DNA of 64,000 nt from a virus, in the IMG/VR virus record IMGVR_UViG_3300009529_000001, positions 32,001 through 96,000 of that record; one strand, given 5' to 3'. Below the pieces are notes generated by a model, which did not search any database, had not been told where the DNA came from, and was given only the letters and a program-made list of their open reading frames with translations. Made by a program: the position numbers and the translations under genes. Position 1 is the stretch's first letter. Each line of letters begins with the position of its first letter. Positions 1 to 9,516 of the stretch are shown in pieces.

Positions 1-252
1 GTTATTTCTCTATCTTTATTGCAAGCACATCAAAAAACTATTGATAGAACAATACCAGATATTAAAAAAATCGAGAAAATTATATTGAATTTAATAGAAA
101 AACGAGATTTAAAGCAAAATTTATTGAGAAATTTACAGATTTTAATAGAAAATGAAAAGATTGTAATGCAATCTAAAAAAGAAATAAAAAAACTTCAGGA
201 TGAATTACAGAAATTTCCTGATATTTGTTCTGAATGTGGAAGACCAATATGA
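1..252 (+). CDS. 3' end of the N-terminal half of a split Rad50/SbcC-like ATPase (coiled coil ending at the zinc hook); truncated by the window edge
   Basis: Frame open from base 1; coiled coil ending in CSECGRPI (CxxC hook); directly upstream of Mre11. Confidence 0.7.
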   Translation, partial: VISLSLLQAHQKTIDRTIPDIKKIEKIILNLIEKRDLKQNLLRNLQILIENEKIVMQSKKEIKKLQDELQKFPDICSECGRPI

Positions 253-1181
253 AAATGATTTTTATGACAGATTCTCATTTTAGAGCAAAGACTCCCGTAA
301 GTCGGACTGATAATTTTTTTGAATCTTTATTAAAAAAGTTTAAATGGGTATTGAAATTTGCTAAGAAGCAGAAAGCTTTTATTGTCCACGGTGGTGATTT
401 TTTTGATAGTCCACGAGTAGCAGATTATGTAGCTGTAGCTGTGGCAGATTTGATCTATAAATATAAGGTCCATATCTATTGCATTTTAGGACAACATGAT
501 TTGATTGGGAAAAATATTGATTCTTATGAGCAGACTAAGATGGGAATATTTAAACGATTAAAATATTTTCATCTTATAGGTAATAAAGTAGTCATAAAAG
601 GAAGTATAGCTATACATGGATTAGACTTCGATAAGGAAAATCCAGTTCCCAATACAATTCATGTAGATAGGGTGAAAAAAAAGTTCAACATTGTGGTTGT
701 TCATGGATTGATTGCGGATAGAGATTTGAATGTCAGAGGAAAAGATAAATTAATAGAATGGAACAGAGTTGTAACCAATGCCGATCTTCTATTGTCCGGG
801 GATTATCATCCTGGATATGGATATCAGTTTCATACGTTGATCGGAGCATTTTGTAACCCCGGATCCTTTGCGCGTCTTAGTACATCAGACGGCAAGGAAG
901 ATCGTAAGCCTTGTTTGGGTATATTTGAGTTTAGTAAGTCGTCTATGACAGACTGGAGCGTTCAAGAGATACCTTGTATAGAACAACCCTTTAACTTAAA
1001 AGCTTTAGCGAAGGAAGTAACTGCTCAAGAAGAAAAAGATAAATTTTTGAAAGCTTTGAATGAACTATCAAGAGTTGAAGTTGCTGGTGAAAACGTATTA
1101 AAAATGTTGGACACTGTGGATAAGTATCCTAAGGATATTGTGAAAAAATGTAAAGAAAAAGTGGAGAGTTTGAATGTCTGA
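249..1181 (+). CDS. sbcD: Mre11/SbcD-like metallophosphoesterase nuclease
   Basis: Motifs TDSH, GGDFFD, GQHD, VHG, GDYH, NPGS; ATGA overlap with upstream gene. Confidence 0.9.
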   Translation: MKMIFMTDSHFRAKTPVSRTDNFFESLLKKFKWVLKFAKKQKAFIVHGGDFFDSPRVADYVAVAVADLIYKYKVHIYCILGQHDLIGKNIDSYEQTKMGIFKRLKYFHLIGNKVVIKGSIAIHGLDFDKENPVPNTIHVDRVKKKFNIVVVHGLIADRDLNVRGKDKLIEWNRVVTNADLLLSGDYHPGYGYQFHTLIGAFCNPGSFARLSTSDGKEDRKPCLGIFEFSKSSMTDWSVQEIPCIEQPFNLKALAKEVTAQEEKDKFLKALNELSRVEVAGENVLKMLDTVDKYPKDIVKKCKEKVESLNV

Positions 1182-1413
1182 CATTATTAAAAAAGTCAAG
1201 CGACTTAAAGATAAAATATCAGAGTTGGAAACTGGTAAGAAAATTGCTGAGCACGAGATTGAGAAAATCCATAAAGAATTAGAAGAGGCAGATATAAAGC
1301 CTGAAAATCTTAAGGAAGAAATAGAAAAATTTAGTAAAGATATTAAAAAAATATCTAAGAAATTAGAGAAAGCTGTTAAGAATGCTGAACAAATTATTGA
1401 ACAGAATAAATAG
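1174..1413 (+). CDS. small coiled-coil protein, probably part of the split Rad50 module
   Basis: 79 aa heptad-rich, translationally coupled on both sides. Confidence 0.6.
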   Translation: MSDIIKKVKRLKDKISELETGKKIAEHEIEKIHKELEEADIKPENLKEEIEKFSKDIKKISKKLEKAVKNAEQIIEQNK

Positions 1414-1978
1414 TATAGATAAATTTTATATTGCTGAGAACGGAAGACGTGATGAACTGTATCGTCAATTAAAATCAAAGAAGAAAACAAATAAAAAATT
1501 AAAAAAGGAAAATAAGGACATTGAAAAATGTATTATGTTGTTGGATTATATTACGGCGAATACCGAAGGAAAAATTATAGAATTGTTTCAATCAACAATC
1601 AGTGCAGCATTAAAAGATATTTTTGACGATAGTTATGATTTTAGATTTAATTTTAAGAAAAGAGGCAATGTATCTTCTTGTGATTATGAAATACGAAGTA
1701 GTGAATTTCCTGAATGGCATAATATTAAAATGTGTAATGGGAAATCTGTTCATCAAATTATTGCATTAGCATTGAGGACAATTATTGTGAAGCTTGATAA
1801 ATCTAGTCCGGATATTATAGGATTCGATGAACCTTTAGATGGTCTTAGACCTGAAAGGCAAAGAATAGCCGGGGAATTTATAAACAATCTTTGCAAAACT
1901 TATGGAATGCAATTTATAACGGTGACTCATTCAGACGAATTAGCTGATCAAGCTGATAAAAGAATGGAAGTGAAATAA
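1382..1978 (+). CDS. C-terminal half of Rad50/SbcC-like ABC ATPase
   Basis: Degenerate signature (CNGKS), Walker B IIGFDEP, H-loop ITVTHS; no Walker A. Confidence 0.8.
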   Translation: MLNKLLNRINSIDKFYIAENGRRDELYRQLKSKKKTNKKLKKENKDIEKCIMLLDYITANTEGKIIELFQSTISAALKDIFDDSYDFRFNFKKRGNVSSCDYEIRSSEFPEWHNIKMCNGKSVHQIIALALRTIIVKLDKSSPDIIGFDEPLDGLRPERQRIAGEFINNLCKTYGMQFITVTHSDELADQADKRMEVK

Positions 1979-2712
1979 TGTTAAAAGATATCCTTGCTTG
2001 TATAGTTTGTGGAATGGAACATAGTGGCACAACAATTATGATGAGATTGTTGTGTCAGGATAAAAGGTTAGGAGGTGGGTTAGAGTGCCATGCATTAAGA
2101 CCTAATAAGTTTACAGATTTCAAATACAAAAAATATGCGAAGATATTTAAACAATGTTGGCAGGTAAGCGGAATAGATTTTAGACGATTGACAGATTCTA
2201 ATTCTAAATCTTATGAAGATTTTTTTCGAGATTTACGAGTATGTTCAGGGATTATTAAGGATAAAAGTGTAAGACTGGTAGACAAAACACCATTTTATTT
2301 TTATGATCTTGATAAGCTTTTTGATAGGGTAGGCGATGTTCCTGTAATTGTAATGAGAAAAGATCCACGAAATATGATATCGTCTTTGACAAGAAGAAGA
2401 GTTATGTTGAAAAGAGCTATCAAACTTTATAAAGAATATTATGAAGAAAAATTACCATCATTGATTGAAAAGTATAAAGGAAGATTACAGGTAATCCAGT
2501 GGGAATGGTTGCTTAAAAATCCTGAAAAAGTTTTAAGAAAAGTGTTTAAATTTATTGGATTAAAATTTGATTCTGAAACTTATAAAGAAGTATTATCTTG
2601 TGGAATGATAAAAACATTTTTGATCGACGTTTATAAAACAAGAATGTCTCCTGATAATTTAGAAAAAGTAATTGAACAGATTGATCCAAAATGTTTTTTG
2701 AAAGGTATTTAG
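1978..2712 (+). CDS. sulfotransferase family protein
   Basis: PAPS-binding GMEHSGTT, DKTP, KDPRN, and W-E-x-L-x-x-x-P-E motifs. Confidence 0.8.
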   Translation: MLKDILACIVCGMEHSGTTIMMRLLCQDKRLGGGLECHALRPNKFTDFKYKKYAKIFKQCWQVSGIDFRRLTDSNSKSYEDFFRDLRVCSGIIKDKSVRLVDKTPFYFYDLDKLFDRVGDVPVIVMRKDPRNMISSLTRRRVMLKRAIKLYKEYYEEKLPSLIEKYKGRLQVIQWEWLLKNPEKVLRKVFKFIGLKFDSETYKEVLSCGMIKTFLIDVYKTRMSPDNLEKVIEQIDPKCFLKGI

Positions 2713-3174
2713 ATGAAGGAAGCTGTATTATCAAAACAATTGCGTGACGACATTAAAGAATACTTTGACGATGATGTGCATATAAATCTCTTACATGACA
2801 TGAAAAGAACAGGGAAAAAGTTTTATGATTTTTATTTCCTCAAAAATGAAATATTTGTAGCGATTGAATTGAAGGTAGAAGCCGGAATAAGTTTTACTAT
2901 AAATAAAGTTAAACCACATCAACCAGGATTTTTAGATGAGGTAATGTGCCAGGGTGGATTTGCATTTTTTATGATATGTTTCTTCAATAAGAAAAGAATT
3001 TTTATAGTTCCTCCAGGGATGTGGGATTTTTTAGTGATAAAGTCTTTCGGAAGAAAAAGTATTGAATACGGAATGTTCAAACATAATTGTAGGTCGATTA
3101 AACGGAAGAAGATAGATGGTAAAACAAAATGGGACATTAAAAAACTTTGGAAAATGGTGAAAAAATGGCCTTAA
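2713..3174 (+). CDS. PD-(D/E)xK nuclease, RecU-like Holliday junction resolvase
   Basis: YDF...AIELK, VKPHQ, GGFAFFMI pattern. Confidence 0.7.
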   Translation: MKEAVLSKQLRDDIKEYFDDDVHINLLHDMKRTGKKFYDFYFLKNEIFVAIELKVEAGISFTINKVKPHQPGFLDEVMCQGGFAFFMICFFNKKRIFIVPPGMWDFLVIKSFGRKSIEYGMFKHNCRSIKRKKIDGKTKWDIKKLWKMVKKWP

Positions 3175-3458
3175 TAGATATTGATCCCAATTTTAATTAC
3201 CCTAAAATTACGGAAGAAATATGGCATTATGTATTCGGTAGAGACTGTGGAATATGTCAAAGGTGTGGCGGGAAAGGAGAGGAAGTTCATCACATTATCT
3301 TTAGAAGTCACGGCGTGAACAATGCGCCTAATAATTTAATACTTTTATGTGAAAGATGTCACAAAGTTAGAATACATAGAGATTATGAAATAGACCAAAA
3401 TACTTTAATGGTCAGAACAATAGCAAATGAAAAAGCGTTTAGGGAGGCGTTGTTGTGA
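3165..3458 (+). CDS. HNH endonuclease
   Basis: CQRC...EVHHII...NNLILLCERCH. Confidence 0.9.
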   Translation: MALIDIDPNFNYPKITEEIWHYVFGRDCGICQRCGGKGEEVHHIIFRSHGVNNAPNNLILLCERCHKVRIHRDYEIDQNTLMVRTIANEKAFREALL

Positions 3459-3566
3459 AAAATTACACTAATAAAGATTTTAAAAAAATTGATAAGAAAC
3501 GTCAAAAGGCAGTAACCAAAAAACGAAAGAAAAATCGTTTAGAAAAAAAGATTATTAAGAAATAAT

Positions 3567-3857
3567 ATGCCTACTAAAAATTGTTATTTTTGTAATGTAG
3601 AATTTAATTCATCTGAAGGAGATGAATTAGTTACATGTGATATCTGTGCGGGAATAATTTGTAGAATTGTCAATAGAAGCAAAAAGGTTAGAAAAAAGAT
3701 TATAAAGTCTTTGATTACTGATAACGATTTTATAAAAGAAATAGGTAAAAAACTATTTGAAACACCAATTGTTGATATCGGATTAGGAGGACCGGGCACT
3801 CTTGCCCAATGGTTTTGCGAGAAAAGGAAGAAAAAAGTTAAAAAAGGAACTTCGTAA
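3567..3857 (+). CDS. small zinc-finger protein
   Basis: CYFC...CDIC. Confidence 0.55.
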   Translation: MPTKNCYFCNVEFNSSEGDELVTCDICAGIICRIVNRSKKVRKKIIKSLITDNDFIKEIGKKLFETPIVDIGLGGPGTLAQWFCEKRKKKVKKGTS

Positions 3858-4470
3858 ATATATTGAAAAACATTTACCTTATATCCATTTTACAAATAAT
3901 AAAAGAGATGAATTAAATAATTATAGAGAAGATGCTGCTCAACATATAGTCCAAGAATTAATAAAATTATATCCTAAAAAATATAAATATACAGATTTTG
4001 ATTGGGTTACTCGTTCTGCAATCCGCCGTAAATCCATTGATATTACAAATAAATTCGGCAAAAAAGATAAAAGAGAAGTTAGCGAAAATACCAGATTTAA
4101 AATTAGAGATAAAAATACGGATAATTATGACGATAGTTTAGAATTACAAGATGATCTTTATTGTCATCGCGTTAATGAATCTATGAAAGATTGGGAAGAG
4201 AAAACAGTTAGAAAAAGAAAAATAGAATACATAGAAGATCTTGTTTACAAAATTACATATGGATTTTTAAAAGAGGAATTTAATGATTGGGATAGAGAAT
4301 ACCTTGATTCTTTGATATTTCTTTATAATTTAGGATATTCAAATTTTAGTAAAGATGACATATATGAATGTATGGGTTATGATGTTCAAGACAGGCTAAC
4401 ACTTAATAGTAAATTGGTTTTATTTAGGAATAGATTGAAGAAATGCTGGCCTGATAGGATTGTAATATGA
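3802..4470 (+). CDS. putative sigma-70-like transcription factor
   Basis: REDAAQ...WVTRSAIRRKSID resembles sigma region 2; C-terminal HTH-like segment. Confidence 0.45.
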   Translation: MPNGFARKGRKKLKKELRKYIEKHLPYIHFTNNKRDELNNYREDAAQHIVQELIKLYPKKYKYTDFDWVTRSAIRRKSIDITNKFGKKDKREVSENTRFKIRDKNTDNYDDSLELQDDLYCHRVNESMKDWEEKTVRKRKIEYIEDLVYKITYGFLKEEFNDWDREYLDSLIFLYNLGYSNFSKDDIYECMGYDVQDRLTLNSKLVLFRNRLKKCWPDRIVI

Positions 4471-5570
4471 ATATAGATTTTGATCCTGCCAAGATTTTAA
4501 TTTACAAAGAACAATTGGATAATATATACAAGGGAGATATTCCTTTACCTATTATGCTTGAAATAGATCCATGTAATTTTTGTAATTTTGGATGTGAATG
4601 GTGTAGTAGCGGACATTATGTTAGAAATGAAAAAGAAATTAAAAGCAAGATGATGATTGATGAAATTAGTTTTAGACACATTCTTGATTTTATGGATGCT
4701 ATAGATACAGTACAAGGAATTTATTGGTGTGGTGGTGGTGAACCTACATTAAATATTTACCTTAAAGAATTGATGACAATAACAAAGAAATTAGGGATTA
4801 AAAATTATATTACGACAAACGGATCTACATTGAAAGTGAAATATAAATATCTTGTCGATTTATGTGATTGGATTGCAGTAAGTGTAAATTCTGGATCAGA
4901 AGAACAATGGAAAAGAATTACAAAAACTAAAATAGAATATGGAAAATATTTGAATGGTCTTTATAATATGTGTCAATATAGAAAACATGGTGCTTTAAGA
5001 GATATGGAGATTAATTTTAAATTCTTTTTTGATCCTTTGTCGTATGTTGATATTGAAAATGCTTATGAACAAGCTATAGATCTTGGATTTACACATGTAA
5101 CTATTAAACCTGTAGATATGTTTGTTTATGAACGTGGAAAAGATAGAAAAAGGTTTGATGAAATTTGGCCTAATCACATTGTAGATAGTGTTAATGCGGC
5201 AATTAATAGAATCAAGGAAAGAAATAAAAGTAGTCCTAAAATCAAATTAGAATGTGGAAGTTTTTATGGAATGTTCAATGTAGATAAAAAAGAACATTTA
5301 AATTTTGATAAGTGTTGGACATCAATGATGGCTCCTGTATTTGGAGCGGATGGTTGGGTTCATCTTTGTTGTGTTAGAAGAGGAGAAAAAAAGTTAGTGA
5401 GATGGGATAATGGTGATCTTTTAGATTTTTGGAATTCAGATGAACATAAAAAAATGGTTTGGGGATTTGATCCTAAAGAAGAATGTCCTGTGCGTTGTAA
5501 GATGGGCATGTATAATCAGCTTTTCCAACAGATTTGGCTTGATAAAAAATTCAATGTAGGACATATCTAA
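4467..5570 (+). CDS. radical SAM enzyme with SPASM/twitch domain
   Basis: CNFGCEWC (CxxxCxxC), GGGEPT, TTNGS, C-terminal C...GxVxxCC...CxxxC. Confidence 0.9.
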   Translation: MNIDFDPAKILIYKEQLDNIYKGDIPLPIMLEIDPCNFCNFGCEWCSSGHYVRNEKEIKSKMMIDEISFRHILDFMDAIDTVQGIYWCGGGEPTLNIYLKELMTITKKLGIKNYITTNGSTLKVKYKYLVDLCDWIAVSVNSGSEEQWKRITKTKIEYGKYLNGLYNMCQYRKHGALRDMEINFKFFFDPLSYVDIENAYEQAIDLGFTHVTIKPVDMFVYERGKDRKRFDEIWPNHIVDSVNAAINRIKERNKSSPKIKLECGSFYGMFNVDKKEHLNFDKCWTSMMAPVFGADGWVHLCCVRRGEKKLVRWDNGDLLDFWNSDEHKKMVWGFDPKEECPVRCKMGMYNQLFQQIWLDKKFNVGHI

Positions 5571-6793
5571 TGAAAATTGGTTGGGTAAGATTAACGATGG
5601 CAACCGAATTGGATTATAATATTTCCAAGAACGGGCTAGGTGAAGAACGTCCTATGTTGTTTAAAGGATTTCTTGACAGAGGACACAAGGTTAAGCTTCT
5701 TACTCCAGTAAAGAAGAAAGATCAAAAAACATTACAAGCTGCAAAAAATGGAGATAGTTTTGAAAATTGTATTGTGGATAATTCTTGGTTAAAAAAATTA
5801 GAATATGATCCAAAGGGATTTGCAGATAATTGCGATGTATTAGTCATAGAAAATGGTCCTTTGAACTTTACCTTCATTGATCCTTTCTTTAAAATACCGC
5901 AAATTAGACGGGCGATTGAAATAATTAATAGATTTGAAGGATTAGTAATATTTTATCAGACTGATCCTTTATTACCGTTTCCATTTTGGCGGATGACAAT
6001 GGCGAAATATCCATGGAGTCATCCCAAAAATACTCCAAGAAAAACAGGAAAGGGATTAGAAACACACGGATGGGGTGATTTTGATGAGATATTTAAGAAT
6101 AAGAAAATTCTTGTAATAGGAAAGTCACCTAAACCTAACGAATTTGCTCGGGCAAATAATGGACCTAGATTTAGTTACAATCGTTTTCGTAAGAAAGGAT
6201 TAATGAAGTTTGATTATCTTCATACAGGATACAATAAATATTTTATGCCACATATCAAACCTGTATTTGAAAAAAAGAAAAAGGATTTAATATATGTAGG
6301 TTTTCCGAGAAGTAGAACTAATGCTTTTAAGAGATATTATGGAAATTATTTAGATAGAACACATGTTTATGGTCCTTGGGATTTAACATCAAGAATTGAT
6401 TTTCTTGAAAGATGTAGATTAGAGGGGATGAAATGGTATGGATTTATAGATGGTTTTCCAAATATAACCAAGGCTTATAGTAGATCAAAAATTAGTATAA
6501 ATCTCATGCCTGAAAAAGCACAAGAATTGGGATGGATCACAAGTAGAGTTTATGAAAGCGTATTTTCAGGATGTATAACATTAGGGGAAGAGAGAACATT
6601 TGGGATAGAAAAATGTGAACCAGCAGAGTTAATGATTGATACATTTAATTCTGATGTAATAATAGGAAAAATTTTAGATTATAGTAAACAAGAATATACT
6701 GATAAAATTAGTGAACAATATGGTATGGTTAGACATTTAAATTATAATTATATTGTCAAGAAATTTGAAAAATTGGTGAAAAAATATGGCTGA
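5570..6793 (+). CDS. T4 beta-glucosyltransferase (BGT)-like DNA glycosyltransferase
   Basis: Colinear matches to T4 BGT as recalled: DVLVIENGPLNF~DRLIVVNSSINF, YQTDPLLPF~LFTDIRLPF (catalytic Asp), DLIYVGFPRS~DVIYGGSFRS, WITSRVYE~FITLRVWE. Confidence 0.75.
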   Translation: MKIGWVRLTMATELDYNISKNGLGEERPMLFKGFLDRGHKVKLLTPVKKKDQKTLQAAKNGDSFENCIVDNSWLKKLEYDPKGFADNCDVLVIENGPLNFTFIDPFFKIPQIRRAIEIINRFEGLVIFYQTDPLLPFPFWRMTMAKYPWSHPKNTPRKTGKGLETHGWGDFDEIFKNKKILVIGKSPKPNEFARANNGPRFSYNRFRKKGLMKFDYLHTGYNKYFMPHIKPVFEKKKKDLIYVGFPRSRTNAFKRYYGNYLDRTHVYGPWDLTSRIDFLERCRLEGMKWYGFIDGFPNITKAYSRSKISINLMPEKAQELGWITSRVYESVFSGCITLGEERTFGIEKCEPAELMIDTFNSDVIIGKILDYSKQEYTDKISEQYGMVRHLNYNYIVKKFEKLVKKYG

Positions 6794-7706
6794 GAAAAAG
6801 ATTCTTTGTATAGCGGATGGCGGCATAGGCAATGTTGTACTAGCTACGCCGCTTGTAATAGCAATCAAAGAACTTTTTAAACGATCCCAGATTACTTTTG
6901 GTACTCGTCCCCCATGTTTACCTATTGTGAGTGGTTTAGTTGATCATATACTTGATGTGACAAAAGATGAATTTGAAAAATATTACGATATGGTTCTTTG
7001 TACTATATGGCATAGTTATTTTTTGAAAAGAAAAGATGAGATCAAATTTGATTATTTTGACAGTATAGAATATAAAGCTCCTCCTGTTACTCATGAAGTT
7101 GATTTAAATATGAGATTATTGGATTCTTTTGGATTTAAAAATAGACGTAATCCTAAACCATACTGTAATGAAAAATATTGTGATATGTATATTAATAAAA
7201 ATATTATCAATATTGGAATAGCAAATGGAAAAGCTGATGATGATAATTGGGAAAGAAAAAAATGGCCTCATTTGTATGAGTTTTTAAAATATTTAAGGAA
7301 GAATTTCAAAAAAGAATATTGTGTTTATTTGTTTGGCGGAGAGAGAGAAAAGAAAATTTTTAAGAAATTAGATCTAGAATACAATGAATATAATATAGCA
7401 GGAAAACTAGAGATTGATGAAATTGCATATCTCATGAAACAAATGGATATTAATATAGTCAATGATACAGGATTAGGACATGTTGCTGGAGCAGTAGGAG
7501 CAAAGACTTTAGTTCTTTGGGGTCCAACAAGTTTTAAAAAGAATAGGCACATTGGAGATGAAGTATATACTGTTGTTAGTGATGCGAATTGTATAGAGTG
7601 TCAAGGATCGGATAGATGGCATAAATGTAAAGAGTGGAGATGTATGGATAGATTTGTTCCTGAATTTGTATTCAAAAAAATGTATGAGTTAGTAGATATT
7701 CAATAA
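6786..7706 (+). CDS. glycosyltransferase family 9 (heptosyltransferase-like)
   Basis: GIGNVVLATP, KKWP, NDTGLGHVAGAVG, LWGPT. Confidence 0.85.
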   Translation: MAEKKILCIADGGIGNVVLATPLVIAIKELFKRSQITFGTRPPCLPIVSGLVDHILDVTKDEFEKYYDMVLCTIWHSYFLKRKDEIKFDYFDSIEYKAPPVTHEVDLNMRLLDSFGFKNRRNPKPYCNEKYCDMYINKNIINIGIANGKADDDNWERKKWPHLYEFLKYLRKNFKKEYCVYLFGGEREKKIFKKLDLEYNEYNIAGKLEIDEIAYLMKQMDINIVNDTGLGHVAGAVGAKTLVLWGPTSFKKNRHIGDEVYTVVSDANCIECQGSDRWHKCKEWRCMDRFVPEFVFKKMYELVDIQ

Positions 7707-7731
7707 ACTTTTTAAAGATAATCAATTATAC

Positions 7732-7760
7732 TTGCAAAATGATTTTCCTACCTTTATATT
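7732..7760 (+). promoter_or_regulatory. sigma70-type promoter TTGCAA-N17-TATATT
   Basis: Member of the repeated promoter family; intergenic. Confidence 0.7.
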
Positions 7761-7808
7761 ATAACTATGGATTAAGTTATGTAATAACAAATTAGAAGGG
7801 AGATAGGA

Positions 7809-8054
7809 ATGGCGAAACGCAAAAAAGATTCTAAAAAAATAGCTAGAAAAAAAGCTATAGAAAAAGCTTTATCTGACGGGCGCGAAACGGTAATTATCAA
7901 TGAAAGACCGTGCAGCGTGGAAATTATTAAAAACAGCAAGGGGTATACGTATGCGATGAAAGTTTATGTAGAAGATATTGCGGAGATGAAGAAGAGTGTT
8001 AAAGATCTTAATAGTCTCGATAAATCCATAAGGAAAACATTTGCAATTGACTAA
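7809..8054 (+). CDS. hypothetical protein
   Basis: ORF with SD, after promoter. Confidence 0.7.
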   Translation: MAKRKKDSKKIARKKAIEKALSDGRETVIINERPCSVEIIKNSKGYTYAMKVYVEDIAEMKKSVKDLNSLDKSIRKTFAID

Positions 8055-8103
8055 TTGTTAGTCAGTTTTTTAATGTATCGTTTTTTTAAAAGAGGAGGAA
8101 TTT

Positions 8104-8691
8104 ATGTCGAAGAAGAGTAAGAAGGAAAAGAAAGAAGCAAAGGAAAAGGAAAAAGAAGAGAAGACAAAGAAGAAGACAAAGAAGGAGCCAGAAGAGCGCA
8201 AGGAAGTCATTGTTAAGTGTACAAAAGCTGAACCGATTAGAAAACAGAATCTTGTTCCTCATACTGGTACAAGATTTAAGAAGGGTTCTGCTCGTCAGCT
8301 TGCGTTCGATATTATTGCAAAGGGCGCAAGAAAAGGGAAGGCTATTAGTGCAATTCGTGAGGAATTGAAGAATACACGTAAACCAGATGCTAAGTTCAAT
8401 CTTGATGCTGCTTATCTAAATTTTATAGTTGCATCACATCCGGAATTTTTTAAGGCTTATAACGATGATACGCTTGAGCTAGTAAAAGAGCCTCAAATTG
8501 ATGAGGAAGCTGCAAAGAAGGCTGATGAGGCTGCAAAGGAAAAGAAGAAGAAGGCTGCCGAAGCACGTGAAAAGCGTGAAAAAGCCGTTAAGGGTGAAAA
8601 GAAGAAGAAGGCCGCAAAGCCTGATAACGATGAAGATGAAGACGACGAAGACGACGAAGACGACGAAGACGACGAAGATGAAGATGATTAA
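8104..8691 (+). CDS. highly charged protein: Lys/Glu-rich arms and a poly-Asp/Glu C-terminal tail
   Basis: Strong SD GAGGAGG; (GACGACGAA)n tail; followed by a terminator. Confidence 0.8.
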   Translation: MSKKSKKEKKEAKEKEKEEKTKKKTKKEPEERKEVIVKCTKAEPIRKQNLVPHTGTRFKKGSARQLAFDIIAKGARKGKAISAIREELKNTRKPDAKFNLDAAYLNFIVASHPEFFKAYNDDTLELVKEPQIDEEAAKKADEAAKEKKKKAAEAREKREKAVKGEKKKKAAKPDNDEDEDDEDDEDDEDDEDEDD

Positions 8692-8720
8692 TGCAGCATA
8701 AAAATTGGTTAAGTTGTTTT

Positions 8721-8754
8721 AAATAAGGGGATTAAAAATCCCCTTATTTTTTTA
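8721..8754 (+). terminator. intrinsic terminator
   Basis: AAATAAGGGGATT-AAA-AATCCCCTTATTT followed by a T run. Confidence 0.8.
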
Positions 8755-8764
8755 TAAAAAGGTG

Positions 8765-8795
8765 TTGCAAAAAAATAAGGGGATGTTATTATTAT
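8765..8795 (+). promoter_or_regulatory. promoter (TTGCAA ... TATTAT)
   Basis: Same family as 7732; spacing 16. Confidence 0.5.
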
Positions 8796-8846
8796 AAGCC
8801 GTTAAAATTCAAAGGTTTATGGATTATTTTTTTTGAAGGGAAAAGT

Positions 8847-9515
8847 ATGTCACCCCTCTCGAAAGAACTTCGAGAAACAAAGAAGACGTGGTACAAAGTA
8901 TGGATCAGAAATAAACAAAAGATATTGAATATAGTAAGAAAATTGAAAAATAAGTATAAATTCTATATAATGTCTGAAGAAGAAATATTAACGACTGTAG
9001 AATTTAAATTTTTTGAATTATTTTATAAAACATATGAAAATGATAATCAATATCTTCGATTCATGTTTATAATCACTAAGAATATTATAAATGATTTACA
9101 AAGACGTGAATATCGTTTTGTGAACAAACACAGATATGATGCTGCTAAAATATGTGCTCGATTTAGGATAGTAACAAACGATATAATTGATGATAATTAC
9201 GTAAGAATAACAAATGAGATGGCCGTCGATAATAAGTTTGAAAATAATTGTGAAGAAAAATATATTTATCAAGAACTTTTAAAACAAGTTGAAAATATAT
9301 TAGAAAGACCAGTTTATATAGAAATTTTCCATTTAATTTTAAATGATTATAAAGCTAAAGAAATTAGTAAAATTGTAGGAATGTCAACAGGATTCATAGG
9401 ACAAGTAAAACGACAAGTAATTTTTCCTGCCATCAAAGAAGTTCTCAATATTCCAGATAAAAGGTATGAATGGTTATCTGCAAGCGGACGTATTTATAGC
9501 CCAAGGAGGAAATAG
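8847..9515 (+). CDS. sigma-70/ECF-like factor
   Basis: Region-2-like FMFIITKNIINDLQRR; region-4 HTH YKAKEISKIVGMSTGFIGQVK. Confidence 0.65.
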   Translation: MSPLSKELRETKKTWYKVWIRNKQKILNIVRKLKNKYKFYIMSEEEILTTVEFKFFELFYKTYENDNQYLRFMFIITKNIINDLQRREYRFVNKHRYDAAKICARFRIVTNDIIDDNYVRITNEMAVDNKFENNCEEKYIYQELLKQVENILERPVYIEIFHLILNDYKAKEISKIVGMSTGFIGQVKRQVIFPAIKEVLNIPDKRYEWLSASGRIYSPRRK

Positions 9516-9516
9516 T

